Part shown: in pieces, positions 26,973 through 36,756 of the stretch
How positions within the stretch are numbered: the first letter of the stretch is position 1
Layout of the letters: each line of letters starts with the position of its first letter
Virus record (IMG/VR): IMGVR_UViG_3300046809_000224
Span: 3,434 to 67,433 of that record
Reading direction: 5' to 3' (one strand)
DNA: 64,000 nt
Source of the DNA: a virus
The notes under the pieces: generated by a model
Told to the model about the DNA's origin: nothing
The model's database searches: none
Seen by the model: the letters and a program-made list of their open reading frames with translations, nothing else
Translations under genes and position numbers: made by a program

Positions 26973-27142
26973 ACCTCCACAAACGCAACGAATTTCAGCG
27001 CGCCCAATGGCAGGCATATCAGGCCAGCCAGAGCGTCTCGCTGATTGACCGCCTGATGGCATCGCCAGTCACGTTCGGCGTCTGCCTGTCGGTGCTGTGT
27101 GTGCTGCCGGTGGTGGCCGTGATTGTTTGTCTTAGGGGGTGA
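26969..27142 (+). CDS. Small TM protein (not in ORF track)
   Basis: MNLHKRNEF...FGVCLSVLCVLPVVAVIVCLRG; ATGA coupling. Confidence 0.5.
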   Translation: MNLHKRNEFQRAQWQAYQASQSVSLIDRLMASPVTFGVCLSVLCVLPVVAVIVCLRG

Positions 27143-27143
27143 G

Positions 27144-27314
27144 ATGAAACGAGACCTTCTGAATCGGGAACCGGCCAAGTGGCGCGACCAGGACGCATTG
27201 GCCCAGAAGATCGGGCAGACGCGCAAGAAGGCCGAGAAGCATCAGCTCGTCACCCTTCTGTGTGATTCGCTCGCGCGGATGACTGAGAAGCCGAAGCATC
27301 GGAGGCCGCTGTGA
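27144..27314 (+). CDS. Hypothetical protein
   Basis: Coupled ORF. Confidence 0.5.
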   Translation: MKRDLLNREPAKWRDQDALAQKIGQTRKKAEKHQLVTLLCDSLARMTEKPKHRRPL

Positions 27315-27553
27315 GCGCCCGCGGAGTTCGTCGGGTGTCCAGTGCTGAATTGCGCATTAACAGGGCGCTGGATTCGTTGGTTAAGAGCCTGCCGGTCGAC
27401 GTCTTCCCGATTGCCGATCCGGACCTCGCTGCGCTTTCGGAACTGCTGCATCGCATGACTGTGTGCCAAGAGGATACGCCTGCAACGCGCATGGCCGGCG
27501 AAGCTATCCGCAGGCTGCGGGCTTATTTGTTGAAAGTTGGAAAGCAAAGATGA
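27311..27553 (+). CDS. Hypothetical protein
   Basis: GGAGG RBS, GTGA coupling. Confidence 0.5.
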   Translation: MSARGVRRVSSAELRINRALDSLVKSLPVDVFPIADPDLAALSELLHRMTVCQEDTPATRMAGEAIRRLRAYLLKVGKQR

Positions 27554-27657
27554 GGACCGCGCTCAAGAGATCGCTGATGTGGCTTGTATGCCGCGCTATG
27601 TGGCTCAAGCCGGTGGTCGATTGGGCATTCAAGGTGTTTGACCTGAAGGGGCTGTGA

Positions 27658-28350
27658 GTGGCCGGGGATTGGATAAAGATGAGAATCGCTTTGGCGGATG
27701 ATCCCGCCGTCATATCTATAGCTGCGCGCTTGTCTGTCGACGAGTTCACTGTTGTCGGTATGTTGCACCACTTGTGGGGGTGGGCCGATACGCAGTCACG
27801 CGATGGTCACGCTCCCGGCGTGACAAATGTCTGGATAGATCGGTACGTTCGTCACGTTGGTTTCGCCGAAGCGATGGTTTCTGTTGGGTGGCTGAAGATC
27901 GACTCGGCCGGCGTGACGTTCCCGAACTTTGACAGACACAACGGCGAAAGCGCCAAGGCACGCGGGTTAGCAGCCGAAAGAAAGAGAAATCAGAGAAGCA
28001 AAGTCACGGAAGAAGATGGACAAATGTCACGGTCAGAGCGTGACATAAACGTGACCAGAGAAGAGAAGAGAAGAGAAGAAAAGAAAGAGAGTGCTCCGAA
28101 CGCTTCGCGTCCGAAATCTCGCAAAACGGCGATACCTGATGACTTTGGAATCAGCGACCGTGTTGCGGCGTGGGCGGCGGAAGACGGATACGAATTCCTT
28201 GACGAGCACTTGGCGTCCTTCAGACGGAAAGTCGCGGCGAATGGATACAAGTATGTCGACTGGGATTCAGCCTTCATGGAAGCGATCAGAAGCGACTGGG
28301 CGAAGATCAACAACAGGCCGAAAGGCAATACGTCGGGGTTGGTACTGTGA
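27658..28350 (+). CDS. Replication initiator (O-like)
   Basis: MAGDWIKMR...L..LW.WAD, GFAEAM.VGWL, FPNFDRHNG, TREEKRREE, C-terminal DnaT-like segment. Confidence 0.85.
   Translation: MAGDWIKMRIALADDPAVISIAARLSVDEFTVVGMLHHLWGWADTQSRDGHAPGVTNVWIDRYVRHVGFAEAMVSVGWLKIDSAGVTFPNFDRHNGESAKARGLAAERKRNQRSKVTEEDGQMSRSERDINVTREEKRREEKKESAPNASRPKSRKTAIPDDFGISDRVAAWAAEDGYEFLDEHLASFRRKVAANGYKYVDWDSAFMEAIRSDWAKINNRPKGNTSGLVL
27794..28090. repeat. Putative origin: GTCACG/CGTGAC iterons plus an AGAAG purine tract inside the initiator gene
   Basis: About eight GTCACG/CGTGAC hexamers, then AGAGAAGAGAAGAGAAGAGAAGAAAAGAAAGAGA. Confidence 0.55.
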
Positions 28351-30080
28351 AAAGCTTCAGTGATTTCGGAATCGACTTGGGCAACAAGAGCGGCGTTGAG
28401 GTCAAGACGACCTGCCCGCAGTGCTCGTCGTCGCGCAAGAAAAAGAACTATCCGTGTCTGAACGTCAACACGGAACAGGGCGTATGGAATTGCTGGCATT
28501 GCGGCTGGAGCGGCACGCTCAAGGGCGGCGAATGGCAGAAGCCGGAAGTCCGTAAGGTCTACACGAAGCCTGCATTCGTCACGCCGGCGCAAGTGCCGGA
28601 TGGCACCGTCGCGTGGTTCAAGACTAGAGGCATCGATGCGGCGGCGCTCGAGCGCAACAAAGTCACGAAAGGCAATACCTACTTCCCGCAGATCGAAGAA
28701 GAGCGGGACTGCATCATGTTCCCGTACTTCCGCGGCGAGGAAGTGGTGAACATCAAGTACCGCTCGAAAGACAAAATGTTCCGCATGGCGTCCGGCGCCG
28801 AGCGAATCTTGTACGGCATCAACGACATCGATCCTGAAGGCCTTATTTGGGTTGAGGGCGAAATCGACAAGCTGTCAGTCGAGATGGCGGGCCTGACGAG
28901 CTGCGTGTCTGTTCCAGATGGCGCGCCCGCTGCCGACTCGAAGTCGTACAGCAACAAATTCGACTTTCTCACCGAGAAGGCCCTGGAAGACGTGAAGGTG
29001 CACATCATCGCCGTCGACAACGACGAGCCGGGCGTACGCCTGCAGGAAGAGTTAGTGCGCCGGCTCGGTCGCGAGAAGTGTCTGATCGTAGTCTGGCCGG
29101 AAAACTGCAAGGACGCCAACGAGGTCTTGCTGACGCACGGCCCCGACGTCCTGCTGGATTGCATCAAGAATGCTCGAGCCCTTCCCATTGAAGGGACGTA
29201 CAGCGTCAACGACATCATCGAGTCGATTTTCAACGACTACGAATACGGCCCCGAGCGCGGTGTGTCGACGAGTTGGTCGGAAATGGATGATACGTACCGC
29301 GTCATGACGGGGGAATGGACGCTCGTAACGGGCATTCCTGGGCACGGCAAGTCTGAGTGGCTAGATGCCCTTGCCCTGAACCTCGCGAACCACTACGGGT
29401 GGAATTTCGACATCTTCTCTCCGGAGAATCAGCCGCTCAAGTATCACGTCGAGAAGATGGCGGAAAAATTTGTCGGCAAGCCGTTCATGGAAGGGTTTAC
29501 GGATCGTATGTCCTTCAAGGAAATGAGCGAAGCGCTGAAGTTCATCAACGATCACTTTCATTTCATGCTGCCCGACTACCCCACTGTCGACGGTTTGCTT
29601 GAAATCTCGCAGCAACTGGTTTTTCGCCACGGTATCCAGGGGTTGATTATCGATCCGTGGAATGAAATTAACCCGGCCCGCGACGGCAACGTTACTGAAA
29701 CGGACTACATCAGCCAGGCGCTGACGAAGATCCGGACGTTCGCCCGCCGCAATCAGGTTCACGTATGGCTAGTCGCTCACCCGACGAAGCTGCAGAAGGA
29801 TAAGACGACCGGCGCATATCCGGTTCCGACGCCGTATGACGTCAGCGGCTCGGCTCACTGGAGAAACAAGGCGGACAACTGCATCACGGTTTATCGCGAC
29901 GTTGTACAGGCGGGATCGCCAGTCCAGGTTCATGTCCAGAAGGTCCGGAAAAAGACGAACGGCAAGGTTGGAATGGTCGAGTTCGATTACGACCATATCT
30001 GCGGCAGATACAAGCCGTACAAAAAGAGCGTCTTGCCGAACACGTATTCGATGACCAACCGTAGGAAGGAGGCAGCGTGA
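28347..30080 (+). CDS. Primase-helicase (Zn finger + TOPRIM + SF4 helicase; T7 gp4/Twinkle-like)
   Basis: CPQC/CWHC, VEGEID, DND..G, KDANE, GIPGHGKS, IIDPW, LVAHP. Confidence 0.92.
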   Translation: MKSFSDFGIDLGNKSGVEVKTTCPQCSSSRKKKNYPCLNVNTEQGVWNCWHCGWSGTLKGGEWQKPEVRKVYTKPAFVTPAQVPDGTVAWFKTRGIDAAALERNKVTKGNTYFPQIEEERDCIMFPYFRGEEVVNIKYRSKDKMFRMASGAERILYGINDIDPEGLIWVEGEIDKLSVEMAGLTSCVSVPDGAPAADSKSYSNKFDFLTEKALEDVKVHIIAVDNDEPGVRLQEELVRRLGREKCLIVVWPENCKDANEVLLTHGPDVLLDCIKNARALPIEGTYSVNDIIESIFNDYEYGPERGVSTSWSEMDDTYRVMTGEWTLVTGIPGHGKSEWLDALALNLANHYGWNFDIFSPENQPLKYHVEKMAEKFVGKPFMEGFTDRMSFKEMSEALKFINDHFHFMLPDYPTVDGLLEISQQLVFRHGIQGLIIDPWNEINPARDGNVTETDYISQALTKIRTFARRNQVHVWLVAHPTKLQKDKTTGAYPVPTPYDVSGSAHWRNKADNCITVYRDVVQAGSPVQVHVQKVRKKTNGKVGMVEFDYDHICGRYKPYKKSVLPNTYSMTNRRKEAA

Positions 30081-30448
30081 ATACAGACGAATTGATTGCA
30101 GATATCCGCGCGACGTTTCCCGGCGTTGCCGCAATGAAACGCGAGTCGTGTGCAGGCGGCGAACGCTGGATGATTGGTGCCGAGCAAGCGACGCCATTTC
30201 CAGATGGCCTATCGGTCTTCTGCGGCTGCGCCGGATGTTTCGAGTCTGGCACGCATGACGGCGGAGTTCACTCAGGTTTTGCTAAGTGGATCGAGAACCG
30301 GAGCTTCTATCTCGAGCGAGAAGACGAATTCTGGTTTGTGCCCACGGGCTTGCCTGTCGCAGAAGAGATCGCCGAATGGCACGCAGCATATGCAATCGCA
30401 CACGCCAAGGGGCCAGTCGACCCAAATGATGACGGGTTGCCCTTCTGA
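30077..30448 (+). CDS. Hypothetical protein
   Basis: GGAGG RBS, coupled. Confidence 0.6.
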   Translation: MNTDELIADIRATFPGVAAMKRESCAGGERWMIGAEQATPFPDGLSVFCGCAGCFESGTHDGGVHSGFAKWIENRSFYLEREDEFWFVPTGLPVAEEIAEWHAAYAIAHAKGPVDPNDDGLPF

Positions 30449-30615
30449 TGATCCACGACCCGGTGAGACTGCAGGAAGTGATCGAAGAAATATCCGAGTG
30501 GCCGACGAAACAGCATCGCGTCCAATACATCGAGGCGATAAGCAAAGAGTTCGGGCCAGAGGCGGCGCAACAGATACGGGACGGCCTGAGGTTGTGGGCC
30601 GAGAGAAACAAGTAA
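30448..30615 (+). CDS. Hypothetical 55-aa protein (not in ORF track)
   Basis: MIHDPVRLQEVIEEISEW...; TGATG coupling. Confidence 0.5.
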   Translation: MIHDPVRLQEVIEEISEWPTKQHRVQYIEAISKEFGPEAAQQIRDGLRLWAERNK

Positions 30616-30682
30616 GGGGTGGCGAGATGAGTGAAATAACTGAAAGACGCGTAGGTAGTTGTACTAACGTGCTGGAGGTCGT

Positions 30683-31177
30683 ATGAGCCGCAGCCAGAAG
30701 TCTAGAAAGAAGTACGACCCCAACCGCCGACTGAATCGTTGCGCCGCAATCATGGAACGCGCCATCGCCCGCATGCCGATTCGAGAGGATGCAAAGCGAG
30801 ACATCGAGATCGCGGCACACATCGCATTAGATCGGCTGCTCAAGGGCGCTGACAAAGACTCGCTTTACGTTCTCGCGAGCGCTATTGACGTCGCGCATGA
30901 ACTGGCCGTTAAGGACGTCGGCGCTGACTACCTCGCTGAGATCGAAGCCGGCATGGCCGCCATCGTGCGCGCAAAGAAGCACGGAGATCTGACTGGCGTC
31001 TGGAAGTTGTTCGGAGACGACGCTGACCGCGTCAGTACCGCCCTCGCCGTTCACGACGCCCAACTCGAGGTCGCGAGCCGCGAGTTGGTGGTCGACACGA
31101 TCAACACCGTCACCGCTCGAGTCGAGGGCGGTTCGAAGGAAACCGAATTCGAAGAAATGATGTTGCAAGCGGCATAA
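30683..31177 (+). CDS. Hypothetical phage protein
   Basis: GGAGG RBS; RKKYDP...ALAVHDAQL. Confidence 0.7.
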   Translation: MSRSQKSRKKYDPNRRLNRCAAIMERAIARMPIREDAKRDIEIAAHIALDRLLKGADKDSLYVLASAIDVAHELAVKDVGADYLAEIEAGMAAIVRAKKHGDLTGVWKLFGDDADRVSTALAVHDAQLEVASRELVVDTINTVTARVEGGSKETEFEEMMLQAA

Positions 31178-31197
31178 CCAAACATACGGAGTGAAAA

Positions 31198-31668
31198 ATG
31201 GCATCGGAGAAGCAAATGGCCCGGTGGCTGAGACATTCGACAGTCCGCGAGAACGGCTGCATCGAATACAACGGCAACGTTAATCGAGATGGGTACGCTC
31301 CAGTCCGACATCAGGGTACTAGGCAGTATCTGCACAGAATTTCGTTTGAGCATTACAAGCACAAGTTGGACGACGGAATTTGCGCGCTACATAGCTGCGA
31401 TAACCGTCGTTGCTGGAATGCGGAACATCTGTTTGCTGGGACGCGCACGGTCAATAACGAAGACAAGGTCAAGAAAGGTCGTCAAGCGAAAGGATCGGAG
31501 CACGGATTGAGGGGCGCCGAACACCCGTTGGCGAGGCTTTCTACCCAGGATGTGCGGAATGTTAGGGCGCTGTATTCGGATGGCGAGAAACAGCGCGTGA
31601 TAGCAGAAAAGTACGGGATCAGCCAGCCGGCTGTATCCGCGATCGTTAATCATAAAAGGTGGGCGTAA
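31198..31668 (+). CDS. HNH endonuclease with C-terminal HTH
   Basis: [27 protein letters not shown]; IAEKYGISQ. Confidence 0.88.
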   Translation: MASEKQMARWLRHSTVRENGCIEYNGNVNRDGYAPVRHQGTRQYLHRISFEHYKHKLDDGICALHSCDNRRCWNAEHLFAGTRTVNNEDKVKKGRQAKGSEHGLRGAEHPLARLSTQDVRNVRALYSDGEKQRVIAEKYGISQPAVSAIVNHKRWA

Positions 31669-31670
31669 TC

Positions 31671-32117
31671 ATGGCTTCAGTTAATCGCGTAACTCTCCTC
31701 GGCAATCTCGGTGCAGATCCGGAAGTGCGTTATCTGCCCAGTGGCGACGCGGTGGCGAACATTCGCCTCGCAACGACCGACCGTTACAAGGACAAGACGT
31801 CCGGTGAAATGAAGGAAGCCACCGAATGGCACCGGGTGTCGTTCTTCGGACGCCTCGCCGAGATCGTCTCCGAATACCTGAAGAAGGGATCGACGGTCTA
31901 CATCGAAGGAAAGATCCGCACACGCAAATACCAGGCGCAGGACGGCACCGACCGTTATTCGACTGACATCGTTGCAGACCAGATGCAGATGCTCGGTGGC
32001 CGCGCCGAAGGTGGTGAGCGTCCGCAGCAACGCCGTCAGGAGTCCGCCAAGCCTGCAGAGAACCGTGCGCCGGCCGGTGGCGGGTTCGAGCAGATGGACG
32101 ACGACATCCCATTCTAG
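31671..32117 (+). CDS. ssb: Single-stranded DNA-binding protein (host-like)
   Basis: [19 protein letters not shown]...TEWHRV...DDDIPF. Confidence 0.95.
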   Translation: MASVNRVTLLGNLGADPEVRYLPSGDAVANIRLATTDRYKDKTSGEMKEATEWHRVSFFGRLAEIVSEYLKKGSTVYIEGKIRTRKYQAQDGTDRYSTDIVADQMQMLGGRAEGGERPQQRRQESAKPAENRAPAGGGFEQMDDDIPF

Positions 32118-32126
32118 GAGGAAGTC

Positions 32127-32705
32127 ATGGGAGCCAGAAAGTGGTCCGACGAGGAGATCGCCATTGCTCGAGGCATCCTCGCGAGCGGCAAGACCGTAAA
32201 GGCGATGGCGCATCTGCTACCCGGCCGCCCTATCGGCGGAATCAAATGCATGGTCACGAAGCTTGCCGGCGACGACAAGAAGAAGCGCGGCGACACGCAA
32301 TGGCTGTGGCCGGCGATGGAACGGGAGCTTAAACAGAGTCCCGGACAGACCATTGAGGAACTGCGCATCAAATTCGGCTGCTCGCATAAACACGCATGCG
32401 ATGTCATTCGTTCGCGGCACGGCTCTGATGTCTATGTCTCGGACTGGAAGACCTATATCGGCCATCACATCGAAAGATGGTCGCTGGGAACTGGTCCGGA
32501 CGCACCGAAGCCGCCGCGTCAGTCGATCGAGGAACGTCGACGTCTTGGAAGACTTGCGTATCGGATGCGAACTGCAAAGCGGAATCCGTTCGAAAACATG
32601 TTGATGCAGCTTCAGGGTGAGATAGCCAAGGTCGGGGCAAATGATTCGGGCCGCGTCTACATTCACCTGACCGACTCACCCGACGAAATGGAGATCGCAG
32701 CATGA
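32127..32705 (+). CDS. Putative DNA-binding hypothetical protein
   Basis: WSDEE start; HTH-like segments; AGGAGG RBS. Confidence 0.65.
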   Translation: MGARKWSDEEIAIARGILASGKTVKAMAHLLPGRPIGGIKCMVTKLAGDDKKKRGDTQWLWPAMERELKQSPGQTIEELRIKFGCSHKHACDVIRSRHGSDVYVSDWKTYIGHHIERWSLGTGPDAPKPPRQSIEERRRLGRLAYRMRTAKRNPFENMLMQLQGEIAKVGANDSGRVYIHLTDSPDEMEIAA

Positions 32706-32983
32706 ACTGCAAACCTGGTGATCTGGCGATCGTTATCAAAGCAAGCAGGGAATCCAACATCGGAAAGATCGTAAGGGTGCTTCGTCTCTATTCCCGCGAA
32801 GAAAAAGGAGTCGCATGGGAGGTTGAGTGCGAAACCGTTGTCGAAGTGGTCGGAATTTTTAATCAGCGTCCTGCACGGCGTAATCCTGAAAAAGCTCTCA
32901 TCGCATGGGATGACTGGCTTCGTCCGATCAGCGGCGTCCCCGTCAACGACGAAGTAACCGACGACATCAAGGAGCCAGCATGA
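32702..32983 (+). CDS. Hypothetical phage protein
   Basis: MNCKPGDLAIV...D.WLRPI family pattern. Confidence 0.7.
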   Translation: MNCKPGDLAIVIKASRESNIGKIVRVLRLYSREEKGVAWEVECETVVEVVGIFNQRPARRNPEKALIAWDDWLRPISGVPVNDEVTDDIKEPA

Positions 32984-33159
32984 ACACCCTACCCGAACCC
33001 TCGCAACTAGTCGCGGGCATGAGCCACAAAGAAATGCTCGAGATTATGGCTGCGAACAACATTTTCTGTGGCCATGACCGCTTCGCCCGAATCCTGATGG
33101 ATGCGCAGCGTCGAGCCATTGCGGCGCAGAGCGAAGTGAATGAGGAGAAGACGGTATGA
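32980..33159 (+). CDS. Hypothetical 59-aa protein (not in ORF track)
   Basis: AAGGAG RBS; ATGA overlaps at both ends. Confidence 0.55.
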   Translation: MNTLPEPSQLVAGMSHKEMLEIMAANNIFCGHDRFARILMDAQRRAIAAQSEVNEEKTV

Positions 33160-33485
33160 CCATGTTCGAAACCACACGCCGGATTTATATCAGCGGGCCC
33201 ATGTCGGGAATCGATCGCCTCAACTTCCCGCTCTTTAACCGCACTGCGGTGCGTCTGCGGAACATGCGATGGGAGGTCGTCAACCCAGTCGAGATCAATC
33301 CAGACCCAGAAGCCAAATGGCTTGATTGCATTGCAGCCGATTTGAAGGCGATGGACGGCTGCACGGCGATCTGTTTGTTGCCGGGCTGGACAAATTCGTT
33401 TGGCGCCAAGATCGAGCGCCTGGCTGCCGACAAGCTTGGGCTGGAAATTTACAACTTAGCCGATCTTATTCCGGAGGCAGCATGA
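33156..33485 (+). CDS. DUF4406 (nucleoside deoxyribosyltransferase-like fold)
   Basis: IYISGPMSG..NFPLF...NP...LPGW..S.GA..E. Confidence 0.85.
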   Translation: MTMFETTRRIYISGPMSGIDRLNFPLFNRTAVRLRNMRWEVVNPVEINPDPEAKWLDCIAADLKAMDGCTAICLLPGWTNSFGAKIERLAADKLGLEIYNLADLIPEAA

Positions 33486-34069
33486 GAGACCTTCCCAACA
33501 TCATCGCCCTGGTTGGCAACGCAGGCGCCGGCAAGTCGACCGTCGCCGAATACCTGATGGAAGTTCATCGCTACAAGCTGGTGAAGTTCGCCGGCCCGCT
33601 CAAGACCATGCTTCGGGCGATCGGTCTTGACGAAGAGGAAATCGAAGGCTCGCGCAAGGAGGTGCCTTGCGACCTGCTGTGCGGAAAGACGCCACGGCAC
33701 GCGATGGTCACGCTCGGAACTGAATGGGGCCGCGACCATATCGGCGCAAACTTCTGGGCGGGTCTGTGGCAGGAAGAAGTCGCGGCGCACATCAACTCAG
33801 GACATGTGGTCGTGGTCGACGATTGCCGTTTCCCGAACGAGCTCGAAGCCGTCAGGAAAATGGGTGGCATCGCCTGGCTCATTACGCGCCCGGATCACGC
33901 AGGTTCGTCCATCCCGACGCACCGCAGCGAAGGCGCCCTGTCGCACCACTATAGCCAGATGCGCCACATCATCAACGATAGCGACGTCACGGCGCTGCAC
34001 TTGCAAGTGTTCGACGCGTTGCGGGCTGAGTTGAATGCCGAGTATCTGGCGCATGAGGTGAAGGCGTGA
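33482..34069 (+). CDS. Deoxynucleoside monophosphate kinase
   Basis: GNAGAGKST, FAGPLK, TPRHAMVTLGTEWGR, DDCRFPNE, HRSE. Confidence 0.9.
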   Translation: MRDLPNIIALVGNAGAGKSTVAEYLMEVHRYKLVKFAGPLKTMLRAIGLDEEEIEGSRKEVPCDLLCGKTPRHAMVTLGTEWGRDHIGANFWAGLWQEEVAAHINSGHVVVVDDCRFPNELEAVRKMGGIAWLITRPDHAGSSIPTHRSEGALSHHYSQMRHIINDSDVTALHLQVFDALRAELNAEYLAHEVKA

Positions 34070-34404
34070 GCGAACCACAACAACTTCGCGTCTACCGCAT
34101 CGAGGCGATCGGTTTAGATCCCATCACGGTCTACGTTGAGCAGTTCCGCCCGGGCGCCGCCCGCATGGTGGTCCAGTGCTATGCGCGAGCATGGACAGGA
34201 TTCTGGGGCTCGCATGGCACGGAAGCCCCGCTGGAATCGTTTGTTGCTTCAAGCGATGCCGAGTATGTCGCGAACGGGCTTGTGTGGGGAACCAATGACC
34301 TGATTCTCAAGCGCCGCGAGAAAGACAACTACGCGTATGTCACAAGGATTGTGCGGGCGATTCAGGCGGAGTTTAGACGTGTCTCGTTGGAGGTCGCAGC
34401 ATGA
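34066..34404 (+). CDS. Hypothetical phage protein
   Basis: LDPITVYVE...CY.RAWTGFWG. Confidence 0.7.
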   Translation: MSEPQQLRVYRIEAIGLDPITVYVEQFRPGAARMVVQCYARAWTGFWGSHGTEAPLESFVASSDAEYVANGLVWGTNDLILKRREKDNYAYVTRIVRAIQAEFRRVSLEVAA

Positions 34405-34814
34405 CCGCCGCCCTATACAGAGAGTTCACGCTAAAGAACGGCGGCGTCTGGAATGCCGTCGTAGCCTTCATCAAGGCGAATGCACCCACATTCGCCGACA
34501 AGGGGGAGCCGTTGCGTCTGATCGTCACCGCCGAGGAGCGGCAGAGAAACGCTCAGCAAAACCGCTTTTACTGGGGCGCCGTGCTCAAGCAGGTCAGCGA
34601 GTCAGCATGGGTCGACGGAAGGCAATACGACAAAGACACGTGGCACGAATTCTTCGCGCGCAAGTATGGCGTGCTCGACGAGCTCACCCTGCCCGATGGC
34701 GAAATCATTACGCGCCGGAAGTCGACGACGCAGATGAGCGTTGGGGAGTTTTCGGAATATCTCGATGCCGTGCAGAGCTATGCGGGCGAAACGCTGGGGG
34801 TGACGTTCGAATGA
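34401..34814 (+). CDS. ninB: NinB/Orf recombination protein
   Basis: RNAQQNRFYWG...WHEFF...STTQMSVGEFSEYL. Confidence 0.85.
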   Translation: MTAALYREFTLKNGGVWNAVVAFIKANAPTFADKGEPLRLIVTAEERQRNAQQNRFYWGAVLKQVSESAWVDGRQYDKDTWHEFFARKYGVLDELTLPDGEIITRRKSTTQMSVGEFSEYLDAVQSYAGETLGVTFE

Positions 34815-34942
34815 AACACAGCCAAGTTTTCACCATTTGCGCGGCTGTCTACATCTCTCCGCACGTTTCGCCGGCAGCGGGAATATGTCTTGGCATCTAT
34901 TTCGGAGTGTGGGCGATTTATCACGTGTGGAGGGAATCTTGA
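34811..34942 (+). CDS. Small membrane peptide
   Basis: MKHSQVFTICAAVY...; coupled on both sides. Confidence 0.4.
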   Translation: MKHSQVFTICAAVYISPHVSPAAGICLGIYFGVWAIYHVWRES

Positions 34943-35550
34943 TCCGCACTTCAATCCCGGTGAAGAAGGCACTAAAGCCTCGCCGCTGCCGATCTTGTGG
35001 CAACTCCTTTCAACCGATCAGCAGCATGTCCAAGGCGTGCTCGGTCAACTGTGCTCTTGATCTGGTTCGCCAAGCCAACGCTCGCAAGGAAGCCCGAGCC
35101 AAGCGCGAGGAACGGGTAGCAACGCGGGTGGCGAAGGAGAAGGCAAAGACCCGCGGCACACATTTGAAGGAATTGCAGGCAGCGTTCAATGCATTCATCA
35201 GAGCGCGGGATGCGAATGAGCCTTGCATCTCCTGTGACCGACCGGCGACTTGGGATGGTCAATGGCACGCATCGCACTATCGCTCGGTCGGATCGACGCC
35301 GGAATTGCGCTTCAACGAATTTAACGTGCACCGGAGCTGCAGTATCTGCAACAACTTTTTGAGCGGCAACATCGGTTCATATCGCCCGCGACTTATCGCG
35401 AAGATCGGATTGGAGAAGGTCGAATGGATCGAGGGCGACCATCCCCCGCAAAAGCTCACCATCCCGGAGATCATCGAATTGAAGGCTCAGTACCGGGCGA
35501 AGGCCCGAGAGATCAAGAAGGCAACGACTAACGAATTGGAGGCGGCGTAA
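34939..35550 (+). CDS. ninG: NinG/Rap endonuclease
   Basis: CRSC...CSVNC, AFNAFIRARD.NEPCISC, HYRSVGS.PELRF. Confidence 0.9.
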   Translation: MIRTSIPVKKALKPRRCRSCGNSFQPISSMSKACSVNCALDLVRQANARKEARAKREERVATRVAKEKAKTRGTHLKELQAAFNAFIRARDANEPCISCDRPATWDGQWHASHYRSVGSTPELRFNEFNVHRSCSICNNFLSGNIGSYRPRLIAKIGLEKVEWIEGDHPPQKLTIPEIIELKAQYRAKAREIKKATTNELEAA

Positions 35551-35882
35551 TGGTCAAGAGATACGGCACGAGCAGCATGGAATGCGAGAACGGCATATAC
35601 GTTTTGCATGCGGAGTATGAAAAGGTTCTGGCGGAGTGTGAGCGGCTTCGGGCGGCGCTCGATTCCGGAACCCCGGCACAGCAATTCGCACTGGTCGTCG
35701 ACCGCAACTATGAGGGCGAAGGAATTTCACTTGCCACTTGGAACGGTGAGAACTACAGCTTTCCAGATGGCGATTGCTACGAACGTCGTGGCGACACATT
35801 GGATGGCTACGAAGCCGAGTGGCTGACGGACCATCAACTCGAACAACTCGTCAGGACGGGGCGCGCAAAGGAGAAAGCATGA
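35550..35882 (+). CDS. Hypothetical protein sharing a module with 14765..15709
   Basis: FALVVDRNYEGEGISLATWNGENYS...EWLTDHQLEQ. Confidence 0.7.
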   Translation: MVKRYGTSSMECENGIYVLHAEYEKVLAECERLRAALDSGTPAQQFALVVDRNYEGEGISLATWNGENYSFPDGDCYERRGDTLDGYEAEWLTDHQLEQLVRTGRAKEKA

Positions 35883-36100
35883 AAACAGTCGCGCTCTGCG
35901 TCGCCTTCTACGGCCTAGGCGTATTCAACTGCGCCGTGTTTGCTGCGGTGTACCTACTCCACCGCCCGCGGTATGTGGCGCCGACGATGCATAACAGGAA
36001 GTGGAGGGATAGAGCCATCTGCGAAGCAGCACCGCCTTTGGATCGCGAAGACGCTGGCATTCAATACCGATTCATGGGCGCGACCGGACTTGAAGATTGA
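35879..36100 (+). CDS. Small membrane protein
   Basis: N-terminal hydrophobic segment; coupled. Confidence 0.5.
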   Translation: MKTVALCVAFYGLGVFNCAVFAAVYLLHRPRYVAPTMHNRKWRDRAICEAAPPLDREDAGIQYRFMGATGLED

Positions 36101-36219
36101 TCGCAAAACGGGTGATTGACAGATCGCTCCGTTTGTAGTCCTTAATGTCGCAATGGTATAATCGACGCAATAGGTTGTGTCGGTTTTGGTGGTTCTAACT
36201 ACATCGTGTGCGGGGTTCT

Positions 36220-36756
36220 ATGACAAGTTTCAGTGGTTTCCGTAGACGCGAGGCGCGAGCCATCAACTCGGGCAATCTTCGCTGGTCTGATCGAGAGTCA
36301 ACCGATGCCGATTTCATCGCGGCACGTGGCCTATCAGGAGAACCGCTCGGTGCATTGCTTGAGCGTCTGAAGTGGGGCAACGATCACCGCGCCTACGCCC
36401 GTTGCGTACATCTTCTCGGCGAGCGTTTCTATGCTCGCAAGAAGCGCAACGTGGTGAAGGCTCTCTGCCACACAGCGATCCGAGAGTGGCTCGACGAGAA
36501 TTGTCGGAAGTGCGGTGGTCGCGGGCTGGAGACGGACAAATTCCGCAACATGACGTCCTGCACAAAGTGCAACGGAACTGGTCTGCATCAATACGAGGAC
36601 TACGAGCGCGCCCACATGGCTAATCTGGCCGCCGGTTCGTGGAAGAAGTATGAGCGTGACTATGAAACTGTTCTCGAATGCCTTCGTGGCGCCGTGTCCT
36701 CGCATACGGTCGGCGCGATGAAAGCGTTTGGGGCATTTGATGAGGTGGCGGCATGA
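36220..36756 (+). CDS. Late antiterminator Q-like protein
   Basis: EWLDENCRKCGGRG...CTKCNGTG Zn finger; position after nin genes; TGGTATAAT upstream. Confidence 0.7.
   Translation: MTSFSGFRRREARAINSGNLRWSDRESTDADFIAARGLSGEPLGALLERLKWGNDHRAYARCVHLLGERFYARKKRNVVKALCHTAIREWLDENCRKCGGRGLETDKFRNMTSCTKCNGTGLHQYEDYERAHMANLAAGSWKKYERDYETVLECLRGAVSSHTVGAMKAFGAFDEVAA

Noticed and set aside
15158-35852. Diversity-generating retroelement TR/VR pair or invertible segment formed by the duplicated module
   Set aside because: No reverse transcriptase or invertase in the window; differences include indels and non-adenine changes
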